Made by a program: the position numbers and the translations under genes
Notes under the pieces: generated by a model
Told to the model about the DNA's origin: nothing
The model's database searches: none
Seen by the model: the letters and a program-made list of their open reading frames with translations, nothing else
NCBI GenBank assembly: GCA_002504905.1
Contig: DATY01000013.1
Span: forward strand, 76,688 to 140,687
Direction: 5' to 3'
From: Euryarchaeota archaeon UBA605
GTDB taxonomy: Archaea; Thermoplasmatota; Poseidoniia; Poseidoniales; Thalassarchaeaceae
Length of the DNA stretch: 64,000 nt
Part shown: in pieces, positions 28,525-35,973 of the stretch
Layout: each line of letters begins with the position of its first letter
How positions within the stretch are numbered: position 1 is the first letter of the stretch

Positions 28525-29538
28525 ATGGCAGATAAAGCAAAACTCGAATACATATGGCTAGATGGATATGAACCCACTCAGAGCATGAGAAGTAAGACAA
28601 TGATAGTTTCAGATTTCTCAGGCAATTTAGAAGATTGTAAGCAATGGTCATTTGATGGTAGTTCTACTAAGCAGGCGGAGGGCAACTCATCAGATTGTTT
28701 ACTAAAGCCAGTAGCAATTTATCCTGACCCAGACCGAATTAATGGCTACTTAGTAATGTGTGAAGTTTACAATGCCGATGGCACGCCTCATGCATCTAAC
28801 GGTAGAGCAACTATCGACGAAGATGATGATGATGATGATTTCTGGTTTGGATATGAACAAGAATATTTCTTGTGGGATCCAGAAACAAATCTTCCATATG
28901 GTTTCCCTAAAGATGCAACTGGGCAGGGTCAGTTTTATTGTTCTGTGGGAGCCTCAAACACTTTTGGCAGAGATATAATCGAAGCACATCTTGACATGTG
29001 TTTAGATGCTGGCTTGAATGTAGAGGGAATAAATGCAGAAGTTGCAGTTGGGCAATGGGAGTACCAAATATTTGCTAAGGGCGCCAAGAATGCAGGCGAT
29101 GAAATTTGGGTTTCTAGATATCTGGCTGAAAGAAATGCTGAGAAGTATGGTTTAGAAATTAATTGGCACCCTAAACCACTTGGCGCTACTGATTGGAACG
29201 GTTCTGGAATGCACGTAAACTTCTCTGATACTAAATTGAGAACTTCCGGGGATGAGGCAGTATTCAACAAAGTTTGTGAAGCATTCGGAGAGAATATTAA
29301 GAAACATATGGATGTTTATGGTGCTCACAATGAACAGAGACTAACAGGTCTTCATGAAACTCAATCAATTCATGAGTTCTCATACGGTGTTTCCGATAGA
29401 GGTGCATCAATTAGAATCCCTATTGGTACTGTTGAAGATGGTTGGATGGGTCGTTTAGAAGATAGAAGACCGTCATCTAATGGGGATCCCTACAAAATTG
29501 GTGCAGTTGTAATCAGTACCACAAAATCTACATATTGA
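28525..29538 (+). CDS. glnA: Glutamine synthetase, type II (GSII)
   Basis: 337 aa; LEYIWLDG, WSFDGSST, GYEQEY, GINAEV..GQWEYQ, WNGSGMH, RGASIRIP and LEDRRPSSNGDPY motifs. Confidence 0.93.
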   Translation: MADKAKLEYIWLDGYEPTQSMRSKTMIVSDFSGNLEDCKQWSFDGSSTKQAEGNSSDCLLKPVAIYPDPDRINGYLVMCEVYNADGTPHASNGRATIDEDDDDDDFWFGYEQEYFLWDPETNLPYGFPKDATGQGQFYCSVGASNTFGRDIIEAHLDMCLDAGLNVEGINAEVAVGQWEYQIFAKGAKNAGDEIWVSRYLAERNAEKYGLEINWHPKPLGATDWNGSGMHVNFSDTKLRTSGDEAVFNKVCEAFGENIKKHMDVYGAHNEQRLTGLHETQSIHEFSYGVSDRGASIRIPIGTVEDGWMGRLEDRRPSSNGDPYKIGAVVISTTKSTY

Positions 29539-30463
29539 TTTTTAACAATTTTACAACTTCATCAGCACAACCCCATGAAAGGGTTACTCCTGCTCCTCCA
29601 TGGCCATAATTGTGAATTACTTTCTTACCTTCTATAGATTCAAATTCTAATCTTACTTCGTTTCGAGAAGGCCTAAGTCCGACAGCTGTACCAACAATTT
29701 TCTCTCGATCTAATTCGGGCCATAAATTCTCACATTTAGAAAGAATATATTCTGTATCTTCCAATCTAACCTCTTCTTCCCAATCATCTCTTTGAGCAGT
29801 TCCTCCTAAGACTGTAACATCTCTACGTGGAATTGTATAAGTCAATGTCTCAGGTTTTTGATCGAATCTCCCAAATCCCGGATCTTGTTTGATATAGATA
29901 ACTTGACCTCTAACAGGTCTAAGCTGATCATCATCGCACAATTCTCTCCCTCCAAGGCCACAACAATTCACAATTAAATTCCCTGGAATATCTTGTAATT
30001 TAGAAAATTCTTTGATCTCATACTCTCCACCCATTTTTTCAAATTTTGATAATAGCCAAGGAAGATAGTGATTCATTTCAATTACAGGGGCTTCAATTTC
30101 CCATCCAAAATTATACCCATTGATTATCTCATTTTCCTCTAGAACTCTAAAATGAGGTATTTCTGAACTCCATCCAGGTAATTCACATTTTTCTTTCAAA
30201 TATTCTCTTCCTAATCGTAATGTGATACAATCAACATTTTCCTCATTTTTCAGCCTAATTAACTCATAGAATGTTTCTGATGACCATTTATTCGTTTTCT
30301 CAACTGGTTCAGCAAGGAATGGATACCACCATGCCGCAGCAATATCTGAAACAGTATTAGGGCTCATTTCTTTTGTCAAGATTGTAACTTCGAATCCTGA
30401 TTCTAAGAGTCTAATCGCAGTAGTTAATCCCGAAACTCCTGCGCCTAGTACTGTAATTTCCAT
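29528..30463 (-). CDS. D-amino-acid oxidase (FAD-dependent)
   Basis: GAGVSGLTTA, SDIAAAWW, RGQ, YTIPR, GLRPSR and the HNYGHGGAGVTLSWGCA DAAO signature. Confidence 0.9.
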   Translation of the reverse strand: MEITVLGAGVSGLTTAIRLLESGFEVTILTKEMSPNTVSDIAAAWWYPFLAEPVEKTNKWSSETFYELIRLKNEENVDCITLRLGREYLKEKCELPGWSSEIPHFRVLEENEIINGYNFGWEIEAPVIEMNHYLPWLLSKFEKMGGEYEIKEFSKLQDIPGNLIVNCCGLGGRELCDDDQLRPVRGQVIYIKQDPGFGRFDQKPETLTYTIPRRDVTVLGGTAQRDDWEEEVRLEDTEYILSKCENLWPELDREKIVGTAVGLRPSRNEVRLEFESIEGKKVIHNYGHGGAGVTLSWGCADEVVKLLKINM

Positions 30464-30548
30464 GTGTTGGAATAGAGGTATGGTAAATCATCTAGTCGGT
30501 ATGGCAACAATCTTAATGATTTGACATCTAGGAGGTTTAATTGATATC

Positions 30549-30734
30549 ATGCCAAAAGTCAGAAGGCCGAAAAAAGGTTGGTTTCGCCCCTCAAAAAAGA
30601 AACCTCGTCGTGGACCTGTTGTCCCTCCTAGTGAGAGAGGCCTCCCTCCATGCCCAGCATGTGGAGAATGGAGTATGCAGAAAGATAATTCTCGAAAAGA
30701 AATTTATTGTGGTGCATGTGGAGCAATCGCTTGA
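30549..30734 (+). CDS. Small basic protein with TFIIB-type zinc ribbon
   Basis: Strong GGAGGT RBS at 30531. Lys/Arg-rich N-terminus, CPACG...YCGACG. Confidence 0.7.
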   Translation: MPKVRRPKKGWFRPSKKKPRRGPVVPPSERGLPPCPACGEWSMQKDNSRKEIYCGACGAIA

Positions 30735-30778
30735 TTTCAATCGTAACTCCAATATGTCACACTCTCTCCGCCTTTAAT

Positions 30779-30843
30779 GTCGCAGTGATGAGGAACCGCA
30801 CCGGATGCCTTGGGTGTCGCGAGTGATGGGCGATCTGAGCGGC
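30779..30843 (+). ncRNA. Box C/D sRNA (stand-alone)
   Basis: C box GTGATGA 30785-30791, D box CTGA 30835-30838, terminal stem GTCGC/GCGGC and a k-turn geometry. GC-rich island in an AT-rich intergenic region. Confidence 0.75.
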
Positions 30844-30850
30844 TTCTAAG

Positions 30851-32461
30851 GTGAACGTATTGGACAGAATAGTGACTGATAATCAGGGTAGAAAATTACG
30901 TTTATTAGAACCCACTTCTTTGTCATCAGCACCTGAAGACTTCCAATTATCGAGACCTAGTAGACCTTTTAGAAGATATTTTTCTTTAGTTAGTAATTCA
31001 ATAATCATGGTTTTCCTTGTTCAAGCATTTTCTGCCCAGTTAATTGGTATTCTCGATGGAGAACCGCTATACGTTATTGGTTGTAGTTTTGTAACATTTC
31101 CATGTATAGCCTTGCTAATTTTTCTACATCGTCCCAAACTTATCGAAGTTAGATTATTAACATCAAATGAAAATGGTATGTATGCTCATCCAATTCCTGA
31201 AGGTGGCTCAATTCAGACATCCATTCCTACGAAAATGAATAGATTCTTAGTTAGGGATGATTCTATAATTGATACACCTCCATCATTTTGGATTTGGGTT
31301 ATTTTTGCAATTAGTCTTTGTATTTCATTTGTAATAGCAATAATTGAAATTATTGGAGGGGATTTAGGACTAATTTTTTCCTTAGTGATGGCTCTACCAA
31401 TGACTTTGATATTATTTTCTATCCCGGTTTATGCATGGTGGGCATCATCTAATTCCTGGATAGGTTTACCGACCCGCTTGAGAGATGCAGAATCATGGTT
31501 AATCGCGGGAATGGCAGCAGGTATACCTGCAATACTAATTAATAGCTGGTTGACTCCAAATTTGGTTCCTTCCTCTTGGTCCACAGAAGCAGAAAATTTC
31601 ATAATTTATACACTTAGTGCACCAATAGGTGAAGAAATCTTTAAATTCTTAGCAGTGGCGTGTTTTATTTCTTCAATTAAGGGTCCTAGAACAGGTTTCC
31701 AAGTCGGCTTTACGGTTGGTTTGGGATTTGCAGTTGCAGAAAATTTCCAATATCTATTACTCTCATATGGCGGTGGTGGATTTACGGGCTTATTTATTAC
31801 ATCATTAATCAGAGGAATTGGTTCTATTCCTGGTCATGCAGTTTGGACCTCATTCAGTGGTGCAGCATTGGGTTGGTGGGTCAGTGATCCCAATAATAAA
31901 GCAAAAATTATCTTATTTATCCAGAGATTTTCCTCTAGATCAATGAATATTATTGAAAGAATAGGAATTGATGTAGATATGGATGGCGATGTATCAGGAT
32001 ACGATGGTCCTGAGTATACGATGTTAACAGCTCTTGAAGAAGCCAAAAAACCATTTGAGGAGATAAGTTGGAAAGTATCCGGTGATAAATCTGAACAAAT
32101 ATTGACCTCACTTATTGATTTCAATAATAATCCAATGTGGTGGAGATCACCAGATAATGAAATAAATTCAGAAAGCTCTATCCAAATAATTGAAAATGAC
32201 ATTTCATTGAATAATAAACAAAAATTTAACATAATTCCTCCTAAATCTATTATTTTAGGTATTATTATTGCAATAGCTGGACATTCTTTATGGAATGGCT
32301 CAGGAATAGTTTTGTCAGAGCTCGGTACATTAATTGGTCTTAGCGAAAATATGATTATCTTCATATCTTTACTCTGGATTATTTTTTTAGTAGTAGCAGT
32401 TCTTTTTGTATCTTTATTACTTATGAGGGGAATCAGTACTATCTCAGATACTAGTAATTAA
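30851..32461 (+). CDS. PrsW-family intramembrane metalloprotease
   Basis: APIGEEIFK, GLGFAVAEN, GH..WT and final GHSLWN motifs; many TM helices. Confidence 0.85.
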   Translation: MNVLDRIVTDNQGRKLRLLEPTSLSSAPEDFQLSRPSRPFRRYFSLVSNSIIMVFLVQAFSAQLIGILDGEPLYVIGCSFVTFPCIALLIFLHRPKLIEVRLLTSNENGMYAHPIPEGGSIQTSIPTKMNRFLVRDDSIIDTPPSFWIWVIFAISLCISFVIAIIEIIGGDLGLIFSLVMALPMTLILFSIPVYAWWASSNSWIGLPTRLRDAESWLIAGMAAGIPAILINSWLTPNLVPSSWSTEAENFIIYTLSAPIGEEIFKFLAVACFISSIKGPRTGFQVGFTVGLGFAVAENFQYLLLSYGGGGFTGLFITSLIRGIGSIPGHAVWTSFSGAALGWWVSDPNNKAKIILFIQRFSSRSMNIIERIGIDVDMDGDVSGYDGPEYTMLTALEEAKKPFEEISWKVSGDKSEQILTSLIDFNNNPMWWRSPDNEINSESSIQIIENDISLNNKQKFNIIPPKSIILGIIIAIAGHSLWNGSGIVLSELGTLIGLSENMIIFISLLWIIFLVVAVLFVSLLLMRGISTISDTSN

Positions 32462-32492
32462 CAATTATCTTAAATGTTTATCCGAATCTTTC

Positions 32493-33263
32493 ATGACCTC
32501 TACCTTGGCGCAGAAGACTGGAATTAGCATGGACATAGGCGACGACAGAATAATTTCTATTATCCTTGTTTTAGCACTATTATTACTCTCAAGAGTTAGG
32601 GATCTTTTAGATAATAGTGGCTTATTTGCAGCTACTATTACCGGTCTAACAGTTTCTTTGATGGGTCATTGGACCTGGTTGGTTCTCCTTTTCATATTCC
32701 TTGTAATTGGTTCTCTGGCAACAAAATGGAAAATGGAAGAGAAAAAGTTACTTTCATTGGAAGAGGCGAATGAAGGTCTAAGAAGTTGGAAAAATGTATT
32801 AGCTAATGGCGGTGCTGTATCATTATTGGCCATATACAATTTCATTTATCCTGATCAAGAATGGATTTATTTTGCAGCCATATCTAGTATTTCTGTAGCA
32901 TTGTCTGATACCTTAGCATCTGAAATTGGGTCATTAGATAACAGGACTAGAAGTATCACTACTCTTCAATCTGTACCTGCAGGTACTAATGGAGGAATGT
33001 CACCTACAGGAACTGTCGCAGCGTTAGTAGGTGCAATTATTATCTCAATTTTTGGAGTAATTCTTTCCCCAGAAAATTTAATAATTTCTGAAATAGAATT
33101 ATTTTTCCTATTATCATTAATCGGGTGGCTTGGATGCCAAGTTGACTCACTTTTGGGTGCGCTATTAGAGAATAGAGGATATCTTGGAAAACACAGTGTG
33201 AATTTTATTGCAACATTTTCCGGCTCACTAATGGCAATATTTTTCTATTATCAATTCCTATGA
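32493..33263 (+). CDS. DUF92 / TIGR00297 membrane protein
   Basis: RSWKNVLANG, SDTLASEIG, GTNGGMSPTG, DSLLGALLE and VNFIAT motifs. Confidence 0.88.
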   Translation: MTSTLAQKTGISMDIGDDRIISIILVLALLLLSRVRDLLDNSGLFAATITGLTVSLMGHWTWLVLLFIFLVIGSLATKWKMEEKKLLSLEEANEGLRSWKNVLANGGAVSLLAIYNFIYPDQEWIYFAAISSISVALSDTLASEIGSLDNRTRSITTLQSVPAGTNGGMSPTGTVAALVGAIIISIFGVILSPENLIISEIELFFLLSLIGWLGCQVDSLLGALLENRGYLGKHSVNFIATFSGSLMAIFFYYQFL

Positions 33264-33302
33264 ACTAATTAGCGCTGACTTTGAGTAATAAAAGGTGCTG
33301 GC

Positions 33303-35636
33303 ATGAGCATGAGTGGCAGAAAGTCAAGTAAGGTATTTCTATCATTCTCAATAATTTCATTGATTTTTTTATCTTTAATTAGTGCTTCTTCAGCACAAAT
33401 TATAGCTCCAGAAGGTCCGGGGATAGAATGGGAAAAGCCTGACAGCCATCGACTTTTTCTCAAGGGTGACGCATCATCTCCTTTCCTAGATAATAATTGG
33501 AGTTCTTTGACTGGGCAACCTATCGGTTCTATAGATTTTCAAAAAACTGTAGGCTCAACAAATTTGATTGATATCCAATCGGCGCCGCTAACGGAAAATA
33601 TTAATTTTAATGGTAATATTACAGTTCATCTTTTTGCATCATTAGATGTAGCAAACGATGGGTGTAAATTTTCCAATGTTATTCCTGGCTCTCCTTTGGG
33701 CTCTGAGACTAAATTCTTGGTGTCACTTTCATTAGGAAATAATCAAATTCTTACAGATACAGAGACTAATTCTATTGTGATGGAGGAATCATTTACCTTG
33801 GCTCATGAATTTTTGATTGACGTAAATAACGTCAATGCTACTCTTCAGAAGGGAGATTTAATTGGACTAAGAATTGATGTCATACATGACTGTGCTCAGA
33901 CCGGAGTTTTATGGTGGGATACTTATGATGCAACTACTGGAATAGAATTTAAAGGAGAACTAATTTATCCTGAGTTAGATCAGACAGTTGACCCAAATGG
34001 GATAATCAGAGTCGAATTTACTCCAAATTCCCCTTGGGGAAATGATCTTTATATCTCCCAAGTCTTAGAGGTAATAGGTCCGGTTGAATGGCAAGATATG
34101 ATACATGGAAATGCTGATGAGAATACCAGATTAGATCATTTTGAGACACCACATGGGATTAGAGTTGATGAATTGAATCGGACAGTTCTGACTTGGTCAT
34201 CTCAAAGTAGACTATCTCCAGGTAAGTATATGATTGATAGTTGTTACAAATTGTCAGATCAAGACCCTGGAGAAACTTGTGACTTGATTGGGGTACTTAG
34301 ATTTGAAGTTCTAGAACCCGAACCATCTCTACTTAATGGTACATGGGCGGCAATTTTAATTCCATTAAGTATTATTTTCTGGATCGGTATTTCTATGAAA
34401 GAAGCTTTACTTCCTTTACCTGCATATGGAGTAATTTTGTTATTAGCATTGACAACTTTGGGCCCGGCAATGAATTTACCGGATATTGATTTCGAGGAAC
34501 CAAGATTTGAGGGAGCATCTCCTTCGTTCTCATTGTATGAGCATGGTGAGAGTCAAGAGTTGGTAGAATTCAGTGAATTGTTATCAAATTATGATGCCAT
34601 AGTAATTGGACTATTTACCCCTAGTTCTCCATATGCTGAAATTCAGAGGGTCGATTTCGAGATTGCTCAGAAAGTAATTGATGATGATGTAGCGTTTATC
34701 CAAATTGCAACGGGTGAAGGAGTAAATAGCCTAGATTTAGAGGAGTTAGTTAATCAAATTAATGGTAGTTGGCCTGTCTTAATGGATACTCCAGATTCAT
34801 CAGTGGGGAAATCATTCCCTAGTAGAGCTTCTGATTCAGTTTTCGTCATAGACTCAGCCGGATTTATTTCATCATGGAAACCTGGGACAATGTCTTCACA
34901 GTCAATAGAAGATGCTGTTGAATCATCTTATTATGGTTCAGGGAATCTGCCTCTAGATTTATTAGGCCTGATTATTGGAACAACCTTTCTTCCCCTTGTG
35001 GTATTAGCAATGCCAAGAGGTGATAAATATGAAATTCCAGATTCTCCACTAATTCCAGGGGCAGGCTCAGTACTCACATTGTATTCATCTAGTATTGGAT
35101 TTGCTCTTTGGGCATTACCAATATCTTTATTGTCAATATTAGGATTTGGTTCATATTGGCTTTACATTGAGATTTTACTGAGTTTAATTCTTATCTATCA
35201 CGGTATTTCGATGTTAATTAGAGGCGGTATTAAAGAAATAGAAATAATTGGGAAAGTAATTTATTCTAAATTACCGGAACCTTATCAAATATGGTGGAAA
35301 GAAAATAAATTTTTAGACGATATGTACTTAGGACTATGGATTGCATGGTTACTATGGCTTAGAGTACCTAGCTCAATTCCGCAGGCTATTGGCGCAGTTG
35401 GGAGATCGGGATTAATAGGATTCTTAATTTGTATAATATTTTTCTTTGGTTATATGTTAATGGCTGGTTTAGTTGCAGTTATTTTCAGAACTATTTTAGT
35501 TATTGTAGGGGATTTCACAAGAATTTTGGGTTCATTGAGCGTTGGTCTAAGGCCGCGTGCATGGGGATTAACTTGTGCAATTCTTGGAGTTTGGGTATTA
35601 ATTAGCATACTCACTGGTCCTTTAATGATAAAATAA
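33303..35636 (+). CDS. Membrane-anchored protein: extracellular beta domains plus Cys-less redoxin-like and CcdA-like membrane domains
   Basis: Signal peptide, soluble region, 2 TM helices, PSFSL...IGLFTPSSPYA...WPVLMD...FVIDSAG redoxin pattern, then about 6 TM helices. Confidence 0.55.
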   Translation: MSMSGRKSSKVFLSFSIISLIFLSLISASSAQIIAPEGPGIEWEKPDSHRLFLKGDASSPFLDNNWSSLTGQPIGSIDFQKTVGSTNLIDIQSAPLTENINFNGNITVHLFASLDVANDGCKFSNVIPGSPLGSETKFLVSLSLGNNQILTDTETNSIVMEESFTLAHEFLIDVNNVNATLQKGDLIGLRIDVIHDCAQTGVLWWDTYDATTGIEFKGELIYPELDQTVDPNGIIRVEFTPNSPWGNDLYISQVLEVIGPVEWQDMIHGNADENTRLDHFETPHGIRVDELNRTVLTWSSQSRLSPGKYMIDSCYKLSDQDPGETCDLIGVLRFEVLEPEPSLLNGTWAAILIPLSIIFWIGISMKEALLPLPAYGVILLLALTTLGPAMNLPDIDFEEPRFEGASPSFSLYEHGESQELVEFSELLSNYDAIVIGLFTPSSPYAEIQRVDFEIAQKVIDDDVAFIQIATGEGVNSLDLEELVNQINGSWPVLMDTPDSSVGKSFPSRASDSVFVIDSAGFISSWKPGTMSSQSIEDAVESSYYGSGNLPLDLLGLIIGTTFLPLVVLAMPRGDKYEIPDSPLIPGAGSVLTLYSSSIGFALWALPISLLSILGFGSYWLYIEILLSLILIYHGISMLIRGGIKEIEIIGKVIYSKLPEPYQIWWKENKFLDDMYLGLWIAWLLWLRVPSSIPQAIGAVGRSGLIGFLICIIFFFGYMLMAGLVAVIFRTILVIVGDFTRILGSLSVGLRPRAWGLTCAILGVWVLISILTGPLMIK

Positions 35637-35707
35637 ATCCTAATTTTTTGTTGAACTCACTACACCGTGAGCATCATAAGAGTGATGTCTTTCGAAGTAT
35701 TACCCTT

Positions 35708-35896
35708 GGGGGTATAGTATAACTTGGTAGTACAGCGGGCTCCAGTTGCACGGGAATGACGACGAATAAGTGATCTGATGGTATTGATGACCAACTGGAG
35801 CACTGACCCGTCGCAACCCGAGAGCGTGCAATTACCGAGTGCACGCTAAGCGGAAGATACCCGCTGATCTGGGTTCAAATCCCAGTGCCCCCACCA
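35708..35896 (+). tRNA. tRNA-Trp (CCA) with 113-nt intron (35746-35858) at position 37/38
   Basis: Acceptor GGGGGTA/TGCCCCC-ACCA, GCGGG-CTCCAG^...^A-CCCGC anticodon arm, T-arm CTGGG-TTCAAAT-CCCAG. Confidence 0.95.
35750..35811 (+). ncRNA. Intron-encoded box C/D guide RNA of pre-tRNA-Trp
   Basis: C ATGACGA 35756, D' CTGA 35775, C' TTGATGA 35784, D CTGA 35803, stem ACGGG/CCCGT. The D guide CAACTGGAGC pairs with GCTCCAGTTG, placing the +5 target on C34. Confidence 0.9.
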
Positions 35897-35973
35897 TATA
35901 ATTTAATCAGATACTTTGTAATTAAGATACTACGAAGGATAGGTTTGAAGGACAAATTGGTTTGCCGAGAATC

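Noticed and set aside
28822-28839. (GAT)n run encoding poly-Asp in glnA
   Set aside because: Short in-frame low-complexity loop; no sign of phase variation.
30803-30813. GGATGCCTTGG resembles the 5' region of bacterial 23S rRNA
   Set aside because: Only 11 nt, inside a C/D sRNA, with no flanking rRNA similarity.
30827-30834. D guide TGGGCGAT is complementary to the tRNA-Arg 3' acceptor strand ATCGCCCA
   Set aside because: Only 8 bp and the target is locked in the acceptor stem; too weak to call.
31834-32364. 176-aa minus-strand ORF, and the many other 60-110 aa ORFs nested in longer genes
   Set aside because: Nested in or antisense to genes with clear family motifs; no independent evidence.
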